From Monocercomonoides exilis PA203 (taxonomy: Eukaryota; Protista; Preaxostyla), in assembly GCA_001643675.2 (NCBI GenBank), contig LSRY02000005.1, forward strand, positions 186,001 through 250,000: a DNA stretch of 64,000 nt, given 5' to 3'. A model generated the notes under the pieces. The model was given only the letters and a program-made list of their open reading frames with translations. It was not told where the DNA came from and did not search any database. A program made the translations under genes and the position numbers. Shown piece after piece: positions 24,301 through 34,550 of this stretch (position 1 is the stretch's first letter; every line of letters starts with the position of its first letter).

Positions 24301-27300
24301 TCAGACACAACAGATCACAGGGAAGACACGGACTTGATGCCATTCATCACGATATATCAGTCATCAACGATCTTTGTGAGCTCCGGAGGAGCAAAAGGCG
24401 GGGAGAACAACAGACAATGCGGGAAAGAAGACAAGTGCTGTAAAACGCTGGGATATGGGCTGGCACACATTGTACACGAGTATGGAACGCGAGTTGTGGT
24501 GGATGAAGCAAGCGAAGTGGAAACAGAGATCAAGCTGGAGAATCTCACGCTGCTGGCAAAGGGAAGCAGGGCAACAGTTGGGATAAGCAGATTGGTGAGG
24601 AAAGAGAAGGGTTGTGTTGTGGAGTGCAAGGGGAATGTGAGTGTGGAGAGAATCAGCTTTGAGGTTCCAGAAGTCTTTCCAACAGAACACGAGCAGATAT
24701 TTGGTGTGGAGGAGGGGACACTTTTAATGAGTGAATGTTGGGTGAAGCCAGCTGAAGGATGCAATGTGTGCAGAATGCTAACGCTGATGCATGGAGAAAG
24801 ATCGTCAGTCACAATAGCCGGATTAATTGTTTCACAGTTTGCGTGTGCTTCACTTGTTGAATGCGTTGAGTGTGAGGTGAAGCTATCAGAAGTTGTTGTG
24901 GAGCAAGGTGAGAGCAGGAATGGGTTGTTTTTCTTGAGGAATGGAGAGATGAATGCGATGAAACTTGATGTGGTGGATGTGAGGATTGAGAATGGGCCTG
25001 CTGTCAACATGTTGAGAGAAAGAGGAAATGGGAACAATGGAATGTTACGAGATGAGAAGGGAAGGAAGCAGCTGAGAGGTGATGAGAAAAGAATGGATGT
25101 GATATTATCGAAGTTCAGCAATATCAGCAGAACAAGTGAAGGAGCGTGCGGAGTGGAATGTGAAGATGAAGAAGGGAAGATTGTGTTGCAAAACTGTTCG
25201 TTTGCAGAATGTGAGTCAAGAAGCACTCGGGGGATTGAAGCCTCTTTTTGCAAGTGCACGAGCTTGAGCTTGGACTCATGCACAGTTGTGGGTGCTCTTG
25301 AGGAAAATGAACAAATGAAAGAAAAAGGGGGACTTGAGAGAGATGAAATATGCAGATGGAATGGCTCTGTTGTGGATGTTGAAGAGAGCGTTGTGAGCAT
25401 GAAAGATGTGTCAGTTTCAAACTCATCATTGGGTGGGCTGTCGGTGAAGGGAGGAGAGGTGAAGATTGTCTCAGGCTTCTTTGCATTCAATAGCTTGACA
25501 ATTCGAGGCTTTCCATCAGCCAGAAGAAACATAATATGCTCTGATTCTTCTGAACTGAATATTGTGAGTCTGAAGGGAGGAGATGGTGTTTTTCCAAATT
25601 CGTCATTGTGGATCTTGAATGATGGATGCATCTTGAAGCGGATTGCTGAGGAGCGAGTATCACCACTGTTTATCCCAATTCTTCGATCTGCCACACCAGA
25701 ACAGAACGAAGAGCTTTTGAGTATTGCGTTCAGAGGAGCACTTCTTCTGCCGTGCAATCTTTCTTTTCGTGTGACTTCCTCCATCGGAGATGTTGAGCAG
25801 ATTGAGACTCATGAAATACCAGACTCGGGCTTTGTGAGCGAAGAGGAAGTCAATGTGGCAATTGAATCTGGGATTGTGAGAACAGCAGACGCAAATGCAG
25901 AGGTGAGCGTGTGCATTCTGTTTGGAAATACAGAATCTCTTTCATCAACACAGTCATTCATTCTGAAGAACAAAAGTGAAACAAAGATGAATGGAGATGA
26001 AAAAATTGTTGAAAGTGGAAAAGAAGAAAAATCATCATGGGCGTTGATTGTGATTGTGATATTTGCTGTATTGTTTTTGATTGTTCTTATTGTTTCAATA
26101 ATATTCATTGTTCGATGGAGGAAGGTGAAGAATGAAGCAGAAGATCTGAGAGAGATAGTGAATGATAACATCAGAAAAGATCCAAAGGCATTTGAGATGG
26201 TGACGATGGAGATGTCACCAGAGGAGCAGTGGAGAAGAGCAGAAAAAGAGGCAGAGCAGAAAAACGAAAGAAATGTGAAGAAGAGGGTGTATGAGAAGGC
26301 AATGGTGCATTCGGAATCTGAAGAGCATCTTCTGTCTGAGAGTGGTTCCACTGAATACATTCTGGGGAAAGATTCAGACAAAATTCCTCAATGGGCATTG
26401 GAGAAAGATGAAGAAGAGGAAATTCGAAAGCAGACTCCTTCTCCATCCATCTCATCCACTTCAACGACTGATTCAGATTCTTCATTTGTTCGATCGGAAA
26501 GTCTGTGTCCAACCACCTCATCGATGTCTAATCTGGTGGATGGAATGGCCTGCTCATCTCCACATGAAAAATTGATTGTGGACTTGAGGGATTCGCTGTT
26601 CATGTTGCTTCATGGAAGGAATGAGAAGAAGGAGATGGCAATCGGTTCTTTAAAGGAAAGAGAACAAACAGCTGCCCAAATCCTGTTCTGGGTGGCTAAT
26701 CTCGCACTCCACTCATTTGATGAAATGGAAAATCCTCTTTCTTCTCTTTCCAATCTCAGCCCGCACATTGTTCTGTTCTCCGAGCACATGGTGATCTGCA
26801 TTGTGATGCACTCAGACTTCTTGTCTGATGATGACTCAGATTCTTCATCCATCTCTTCATCAACAGTTGTCACATCTGCAACTGACGATGATGATGATGA
26901 TGATTCTCTTCCCTCATCGGCATTTGAGGATGAAGATAGTTTCAAAAAAGAGTGCCTGAGGTGGAAGGCGCCTGAGCTGCTGATGAACAAGAAGATGGGA
27001 GCAACAAAGGAGTCAGTTGCCTTTTCGATTGGGATGATGCTGTGGGAGTGCTTGACACTTCAGATCCCGTTTGGGGAGTATCCAGCAGAGGTGGCAGGGC
27101 AGAAGATTGTGGATGGCGAAAAGCCAAAGCCAGAGGTTGTTGAAAACTCGTCTTTGAGCAACGCAGTGAGATGCGCATTGTGCCAGCAGCCAAACGATCG
27201 GCCGACACTCATTGATTTGAAGAAGGAGTTCATCCAGCACTTTCCAGAAGGAGCAATGGTCATGACCATTGCTGATGCAGTTGATTGCCAGATGCCATCT

Positions 27301-27351
27301 GAGTGCAACTCGCAGATCCCTGATTCAAGCAGCTCGCTCATATCATTGTGA
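18374..27351 (+). CDS. ~2960-aa receptor-like protein: signal peptide, repeated pectin-lyase-like/right-handed beta-helix ectodomain, TM helix, cytoplasmic TKL-like pseudokinase
   Basis: Exon 1 18374-19357 (MLIIVLICFFHQTFG), phase-0 intron GTATGA...TTACAG 19358-19443, exon 2 to 27351. GGA(I/L)/GGG(I/V)Y repeats and five G.D...CG....(P)C.T modules. TM WALIVIVIFAVLFLIVLIVSIIFIV followed by RWRK. Kinase remnants LRWKAPE, VAFSIGMMLWECLTLQIPF and PNDRPTL. Confidence 0.88.
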
Positions 27352-28587
27352 GTGTGCGAATGGCTTCAACTGCATCTTCTTCAAAAAGCACAAATGGCGT
27401 TTGCCAATGAAAGAGACTCAAACGAGGTTGCAAGACCTCTTCTAAACAGAAGACGGATCCTCTGAAAACGGTAATATTTCGATGCTTGTGGAAGTCTCGA
27501 GCATGCAATCCATTGCTCTTTCGGAAAGATCGAGCGGAGTTCAAGCCGAACTTTGCTGAAGCTGTGCGAATGCTGTTTGAACAGAATGGGAGACATATTT
27601 TTTCAGTTTGTGGCAATTCATTTCAAGCCACTTTCTGAATAATTATTTTTCCATTTTTTTTGCCTTTGAGTTTATTGTCAAATTTTGCTCTAAGCTATAT
27701 GTGTGCATTCGATTATGTGATTCAATTCTTTTCGTTTTCTTCATTTTTTCTTATTTATTTATTTATTTTTGTTTTTAATGAGGATGATAAATGGTTTTCT
27801 GACCAATCAAAAACATGCTTTTGAGAAACGTGCTTCCAAGAGTTGTTTTTGCTGTTTTGTCTTTCCTGGTTGCTTGTTTGCATGATTTTGGCTCAAAGGA
27901 AGAAACAAACAACAATCGCTTAAAGCATCAAACGAAGTTCTCATGACTAAAGATTGAAAAACTGAGCAAAAAAAGTTTGAAAATGAATGAAGGAGTTGAA
28001 TAAACTTTGTGCAACTTTTGCAGTTTCTCTTTTCAACAGCGCGAGAGTATTTTGTTCCAAAAATAATTGAATAAAAACAATCTTCCTTCACCTCGTGTTT
28101 GCATTTCCATCTTAAATTCTATTGCAAACAATTTTTTTTAAGTGAAAAATAATGTATCCAAGTCGGAAAGTCAAGTTCAACTTCAATCTGCCAAGCCATT
28201 GACAAACAAAAGACGAACCAACAATTTCAATTGCATTATTGCCATTTCAGATTTTGAGTATCGTTGAAAATCATTACCTTTCGTTCGAATCCTTCAGTTG
28301 CTCTTTGGCGTTCAAAACCCTCAGGAAAGCGAAAACAGTTATTTTTTGATGCTCTTTTCCATTTCACTTTTTTTGTTAATGAGTCTCTTCCACAGTTATT
28401 TTCTCCATTCACACATCCCAAAAATCTCATACTGCAATTGGATCGATTTATTTTATTTCATCTTGGAACGTGCACAAAATAGAAATAGACCCTTTTCTTT
28501 TTTTATGATGATAATTGCTCGCATTTCTGAAGCAAAGCAGCAATAACACAACAAAACTTATCTGTTCTTCTTCATTCGTCTTCTGTT

Positions 28588-30918
28588 TCACTTGATTTTC
28601 GCTTCCTTCAACAGCCACTTCACCTGCTTGCCAAGTCCCGCCTTGCTCAGCTCTGCATCCTTCACGCTGCTCACCGCAATTCTCAAACTCTTTCCAGCTT
28701 CCTCTTTGCAAAAGCCTGCCCCTCTATTATCATATGCTTCTTGCTCCTTTCCGCTCTCACTCCTCCATGACTCTGAACGCGATATATGGTGGCTCCTGTG
28801 TCCATGTCGATGATGCCTGTGATGAGAATGGTCATTATTCATTGCGTGTTGCGAATCCCATTCTTCAATCAATTTGCTCAGTGAAGAGTTTTTATCTCTT
28901 CTGAGGAATCTGTTGTCACAATGCCCATGAGTGAAATCATGATGTCGCCTGTGATGCCTGTGTTCATGCTTTGTGGTTGTCTTCAACGAACTCACCATCG
29001 AACTTGCATCTGAACTGTCTCCGCTAGGCCTTGCTTCACTCTGCTCCTTCTCTTCCCCTTTTGGTTCATCATTTAATTCTTCATCTGCGTTTCCTCCTCC
29101 CTTTCTCTCTGATTTTCTTTTCTCCACACAATTAATACGAGCAGATTTCTCGCTAAATCCTCTTTTCTCAAATCCTTTTCCCAATGCCAGTCTCTTTTCT
29201 TTGCCATCTTCATCGCCTTCATCATCATCATCATCAAGTATCAAGCTCTTTTTTTCCTTTATGCGCAAATTCTCTTTCCACTTTCCCCTTGCTTTTTCCT
29301 GCCTCAAAACATCCTTCGTTATTTCTTTTCTCTCATCCTTTTTCTTCAAAATATTATTATTATCTTCTTGTCCAGAATCTTCAATATATCTTCTCTGCAA
29401 TATGTGCTCTTTTTCCTCGTCTGTTCTATTTGTCACGCTTCCTCTTCTTTTCATCTTTTGCGCTTCAAACAGATCTTGGTCCTCTTCTTCAGATGCATCT
29501 CCAATCTCAAATATCTCGTCTCTCCCAATACTAATTTTCTTGCCTATTCCCGTTTCCCATCTCTCTTCCTCTCTCCTTTCAGCCTCGTAAATTCTTGACT
29601 CTTTTCTTTTTCCTTCTCCTCTTTCGTCTTCTTCTTCTTCGATTCCTGTTTTAGTCTGCTGTTTGCTTTCTTTTCTATCCTCAGCAGTATCGTCAATGTG
29701 CCACTCATAAATCCCTGACTCACGCTTCAAATTGTCGTATGTTTTGTCGCTTTCTTCTGAGCCATCTCCTTTTCCCTCAGCAAAATCCTCCATCTCGCTC
29801 TCCCCGCATCCCCCAATCATCGCAATGTCTGCCAAAGAGACTGTAATCGGACTTGATGCACCTTCTCTCTTGAGCACAATCTGCTCTGAAAGAAGCGAAG
29901 AATATGGAAAGTCGGAAGAAGGCAAATCGATCCTGCTGATATCAGCTTCCAAAGATGTTTCGCCTGAAGACAAAGCAGTCTCTGCCTTCGTTTCCGTATT
30001 TTGCTTCGAAGATAATAATGGTTCTTGCATTGGCGACGATGCCATTGAAGAGGATTCCCTTTGGCCTGATGAAGATGGAGAAGTGGTTTCGCTGCGCGAC
30101 ATTTTCATCCGATTCTGTGAATCATGCAATGCATTTGAGTTCGCCAGCAGAGATCTGTCAGTCTGTTCAGCTGATAGCCCTTGAGTCGCATTGGCACTGT
30201 GCTCTGCCTTCTCTTCCTTCATTCCTCCACCCAAAAAGCCCAACCGAAATCGTTTTCTCGGGGGCTGCACGTTGCTCGTTCGATGAAGTTTTTCATCAGC
30301 GCTTGCAGATGCACGAGCAACACTTTCTGCGCTGACTTTTGTCACAAGCAATTTCGGTTCATCCTCTTTGGCAGCTTCTCCAAGTCCGAAAACGCTTCCC
30401 AAAATGCCTTTTCCTTTCTCCCCTTCATTGGCTCCTGATTCTTTTCTGTTCGCCTTCTGCTGCCCTTTCCTGCTCTCAGCATGCCCCACATTCACTTTTT
30501 CTTTTGATATCAGTTTTTCAGTCATCGGCAAAAACAAGTCATCCTCGTCAATTACCCCATGTACTCCATATACTGTGTTTGATGACTGCACGGCTTCGCC
30601 GTCTTCTATCTCGCGACTCGTTCCGTCATATGCCTCCGAAAATAGTTTGTCAAACTCTTCGTCCCATCCCTCTGATTCCTCCCAAGCTTCGTAATCCTCG
30701 AAGCCCACTTCCCTTTCCTCGATGATTTGTGTGCATTTGTCTGCTGTTTTGTCGAGACCGACTAAAGCAATCTCCATTGACAAAATACAATTCATAAACA
30801 AATTCTTCTTGTTTAATAATCCCAATTGAATCAAATTTACAACTTTCCCAATTTTTCTGGAATTTAAATTGCCCTTCGATTCTGTGCTGTTTGGCCTCCT
30901 TACTCCTCTGTGAAGCAA
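28588..30918 (-). CDS. Hypothetical low-complexity protein (acidic/charged, His-rich C-terminus); 5' exons unresolved, possibly extending to ~31400
   Basis: 776-aa ORF with host-like composition; intron-like AT tracts near 30765-30840, 30908-30955 and 31135-31200. Confidence 0.6.
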   Translation of the reverse strand: MLHRGVRRPNSTESKGNLNSRKIGKVVNLIQLGLLNKKNLFMNCILSMEIALVGLDKTADKCTQIIEEREVGFEDYEAWEESEGWDEEFDKLFSEAYDGTSREIEDGEAVQSSNTVYGVHGVIDEDDLFLPMTEKLISKEKVNVGHAESRKGQQKANRKESGANEGEKGKGILGSVFGLGEAAKEDEPKLLVTKVSAESVARASASADEKLHRTSNVQPPRKRFRLGFLGGGMKEEKAEHSANATQGLSAEQTDRSLLANSNALHDSQNRMKMSRSETTSPSSSGQRESSSMASSPMQEPLLSSKQNTETKAETALSSGETSLEADISRIDLPSSDFPYSSLLSEQIVLKREGASSPITVSLADIAMIGGCGESEMEDFAEGKGDGSEESDKTYDNLKRESGIYEWHIDDTAEDRKESKQQTKTGIEEEEDERGEGKRKESRIYEAERREEERWETGIGKKISIGRDEIFEIGDASEEEDQDLFEAQKMKRRGSVTNRTDEEKEHILQRRYIEDSGQEDNNNILKKKDERKEITKDVLRQEKARGKWKENLRIKEKKSLILDDDDDEGDEDGKEKRLALGKGFEKRGFSEKSARINCVEKRKSERKGGGNADEELNDEPKGEEKEQSEARPSGDSSDASSMVSSLKTTTKHEHRHHRRHHDFTHGHCDNRFLRRDKNSSLSKLIEEWDSQHAMNNDHSHHRHHRHGHRSHHISRSESWRSESGKEQEAYDNRGAGFCKEEAGKSLRIAVSSVKDAELSKAGLGKQVKWLLKEAKIK

Positions 30919-31538
30919 GAAAAGCGCAAAACAATTATATTAAAATATAAAAATGGTCCTGATCCGCTCATAATTATTCTCTCCTGCCTCTTCCAGGCAT
31001 CCATCATCCACCCCATGCCTTCGGCCATTCGTGCCTCTCTGATTGTGAAGTGCTGAGAAGCAGCCAAGCAGAAGTGCTCTTTGTGAAGTGCTTCCAAAAA
31101 CAAACACAACAGCCAATTTCTCAAAAGAGGCAGACCAAAAAATGAAAAACGGATTGTGTGGGGAAAAAAACAATTAATAAACAAATAAATAAGCTGCACA
31201 ATAACGTCATTCCAAAGGCAACCACGAATTCTTGCTGTGTGGCGAGCCAGTCGCATTCCATTTTGTTCTTCATTGCTCACAATCTTCATTTTATCCTTTT
31301 CCTCTCCAAAATTCGTTTTTCCAACCATTCCTTCTCCCAAACTTCTGGCATTCGGCTGAAACAGGCGTTGCTTTGCAGATGTCCATCAATAGCTCGCAGA
31401 AACACTTTCCCAGGCAATATGCTCATTGTGGTGGCTGTGGCATTGCAGGTGTGTGCATCGTGGCTGCAAATGAATCATAATAATCTGCTCCAAAAAAAGA
31501 ACAGAAAAAAGTGAACACGAAAAATGAAAAAATGAAAA

Positions 31539-32315
31539 TCATAGAATTCTGAAACCTTGGGGCAAATAAGCTCCAAAAGAAAATGGCTGAAATGGAACTT
31601 GGGGAGCATAGCAAAAAGGAGAATAATATCCAGCCATCCCCTGCTGCATTGGGGCACTCTCTGCTGGCCGAAGCACAGGCACCACTTTCTCCCCCTTTTG
31701 CTCCTCAGAAGCTTTCTCGGAGCTGTTTTCTGCAAGGTGTCGCTGCTTCTGCGGTCGAACTTCTTCCATTCCATCATCCTTGCTCTTGTCTTTCCCATCC
31801 CGTTTTTCTTGCGCAATAAATGCCTGGAACAGCGCGCCTTTCGATAACTGCTGTGTCTCTTCCCTTTTTGCACTGCTGTCGCTCATCGACGCTTCAACAG
31901 CCTCCAGCTCGCTCATCATCGCTTCATACAAAATCGGCTTTGTCCCGAACCGTGGCATTGCTGGTACCTCCTCTTCACCACGTTCCCCAATTTGTATTTC
32001 CTTGCGCGCCTGCTGCATCTTCCTTACCAGGTTCTCGGGAGGCACAAACGAAGGCCTTTTCGCTTCCTTTTCTTTTCGCTTCGCCCTCTCCACCTCCAGC
32101 GCCATCGACTCCAGGAAGTGCAGGTCAGAAACCATCGTTTGCACGTTCATCTCAGACAGACGCACAAACTGCTGCGGCTGCCTCTTCCCCGTGCACCCGC
32201 TCTGTTCTTTGTGTTTCTTCACACACTCCACACAGCATGTCCGCACCCCGCACTCCGGGCACTTGTACTTCCACTCCTGCTTTTTGCATATTTCGCACAT
32301 GCCCTCGTCTGCCAT
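31539..32315 (-). CDS. BCD1: zf-HIT zinc-finger protein, box C/D snoRNP assembly factor BCD1/ZNHIT6-like
   Basis: CEIC..EWKYKCPECGVRTCCVECVKKHKEQSGCTGKR followed by FVRLSEMNVQTMVSDLHFLE, the N-terminal signature of Bcd1/ZNHIT6. Confidence 0.75.
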   Translation of the reverse strand: MADEGMCEICKKQEWKYKCPECGVRTCCVECVKKHKEQSGCTGKRQPQQFVRLSEMNVQTMVSDLHFLESMALEVERAKRKEKEAKRPSFVPPENLVRKMQQARKEIQIGERGEEEVPAMPRFGTKPILYEAMMSELEAVEASMSDSSAKREETQQLSKGALFQAFIAQEKRDGKDKSKDDGMEEVRPQKQRHLAENSSEKASEEQKGEKVVPVLRPAESAPMQQGMAGYYSPFCYAPQVPFQPFSFGAYLPQGFRIL

Positions 32316-32842
32316 CTGCTGCTTGCTGCTCCAAGAGTGGGCTTTTACAAAAAAAATTCACTCAGCACAAAATAACCTATGGGCCAAGAACAAAAGAAAA
32401 AACATCCACACCAAATACCTCTATCCATCAGAAACTTTTATCTATCTTCAAGCATGTGAGCAGATTAAGCACTTGCCAGAATTCGTTGAAGTCGCTCAAT
32501 CGGAAAGAGATTGGAAAAAAAGAGATTTTCATTTTTTTCAACTTAAAACAAAAGTTTTGAAAGCTTAGTCGAATAGCTACAATGCATCGACTTTAAATTA
32601 CCCCTTTTAAATAGACCCTCAAAATATAGGGGGAAAAAAATAATGAGCAAGGAGAAGTGAAGCAGTGGCAAGCACAATGATAAAGGAGAATGCTTCAAAA
32701 CCACAACAGAAAACACATACAACCAAAAATCAAACAAAAAGCTTCACGAAAAACGCAAACAGGAAAGCAATATCACAACACAAATAAATCGAAAAATGAA
32801 ATCAAAAGTAAACGGAAAAGAGAAAAAATTGAATGCGACCGT

Positions 32843-33445
32843 CTAGCAAATCGACTCTCCCCTCTCTTCCTTCTCCTTGATCCTCTTCACTGTGCACCGC
32901 AGCTGCTCTCTGTCTTTCTGCGAAAGAGCCCCGCTGCGCATGTGGGCCTTCCAAGAGGGCGGCAGCACGAGGCGGTCGAAGGGCACAGGCTGCACCAAGC
33001 GCTTGGCATCGAAGGTGCGCAGCAGATAGATGGCCAGCTGCTGGTCGGCTGTGCGGATGTGGCTCATGATCCACATCGAGCAGAACGCCACAACATCCGA
33101 TAGCGGCGCCTCGCCTGCCTCGATGCCTGCCACAAACGTCAGCGCAGAGCCCAGCAGCTCCACGTGTGCCTGGCAGTGTCTGCTCTGCACCTGCGCCGGA
33201 TAGTGCGTGGCCTCCATCATCTGCTCCTCGTCTGCAAAGTGGATCATCGCCACTGCCAGCAGCTTGTCCCCTGCCTGCGCCACCTCTGCCAGCGGGGCGT
33301 GCTGCGCAACCAGCGCCACAATTGCTGCCAGCGTGTCGACCAGCACGTGGTGTGCCTAGTCCATCCGCCCCACCTGCGTCACCAGCTCTTCGCTCCACAC
33401 AATCTGCTCCTCCTTCGCAGAGGTCGCAAGATGCTCAATATACAT
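32843..33445 (-). CDS. Hemerythrin (bacteriohemerythrin-like di-iron protein) with an in-frame TAG at codon 30; pseudogene or readthrough
   Basis: MYIEHLATSAKEEQIVWSEELVTQVGRMD*AHHVLVD...HFADEEQMM...HCQAH...WIMSHIRTAD. The full H/HxxxE/HxxxH/HxxxxD ligand set is present. TAG at 33356-33358. Confidence 0.85.
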
Positions 33446-33495
33446 CGTTTTGCTCTGAATATAAAAGAATCACATAATAATTTGAAAAATTATTA

Positions 33496-34550
33496 GTGTC
33501 AGAAATTTATCGGTACCCAAAAAATTATACGGGACCTAAATTTTCTGGCTCTCAAGAGCACTTTCAGAAAAAAATAAATAATAGAAAATAATTAATATAT
33601 TATAATATACTATTCCTGAAAATATTTTTGATTTTTTCAATATTTGTGAAAAGATCTGGTGTTTTTTGTTTTATTTTTTTGATCAAAGACTTGCTCGTAT
33701 TTTCATGAGCTTTTTGTTTTGAGTGTTTTGAATGTTGTTATTGATATTAGACTTATCTTTTTTTATGTATTTTTTGGGTATTTTTCATTGTCTAACACTT
33801 CATTTTTTTATTATTCTTTCCATTTCACTAAATTTCGATAAAATTTAAAAAAAATTGTGAAATAAGAGTTCCCATGTTTTTGTTCATAATAGAATAGTTA
33901 AAAAACTGATTGATATGTGTATCACCTAAATTTTGAAATGAAAAAATATGTTTTTTCGTTAATTCAAAAGGGGAAGAATGTAAATTATCAACAAGTGAAG
34001 GATGTCAGAAAAAAGAAAATCTTCAATTTTTAATGATCGAGATTATTATTCAAAAAAACATGTTTTTGTGTATTTTTGTGTTTAAAACTTCAAATCATAT
34101 TTTTTCATTTCAAAATTTAGGTGATACACATATCAATCAGTTTTTTAACTATTCTATTATGAACAAAAACATGGGAACTCTTATTTCACAATTTTTTTTA
34201 AATTTTATCGAAATTTAGTGAAATGGAAAGAATAATAAAAAAATGAAGTGTTAGACAATGAAAAATACCCAAAAAATACATAAAAAAAGATAAGTCTAAT
34301 ATCAATAACAACATTCAAAACACTCAAAACAAAAAGCTCATGAAAATACGAGCAAGTCTTTGATCAAAAAAATAAAACAAAAAACACCAGATCTTTTCAC
34401 AAATATTGAAAAAATCAAAAATATTTTCAGGAATAGTATATTATAATATATTAATTATTTTCTATTATTTATTTTTTTCTGAAAGTGCTCTTGAGAGCCA
34501 GAGAATTTAGGTCCCGATAAAAAAAAGGGGATATGATAAATTACTGACCC
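33496..34550. mobile_element. Foldback/MITE-like element: 455-bp inverted arms, 145-bp spacer, TA flanks
   Basis: Arms 33496-33950 and 34096-34550. The inner ~420 bp are near-identical (one mismatch seen); the outer ~35 bp are more diverged. Ends TA|GTGTCAG...CTGACCC|TA. Confidence 0.88.

Noticed and set aside
19811-27240. Many long antisense ORFs (e.g. 22852..24219, 24357..25784)
   Set aside because: Shadows of the G-rich codon bias of the sense receptor gene; no independent motifs.
30908-31200. Possible non-canonical splice sites in the 5' part of the 28.6-30.9 kb gene
   Set aside because: No single consistent exon model could be built by eye; needs RNA-seq.
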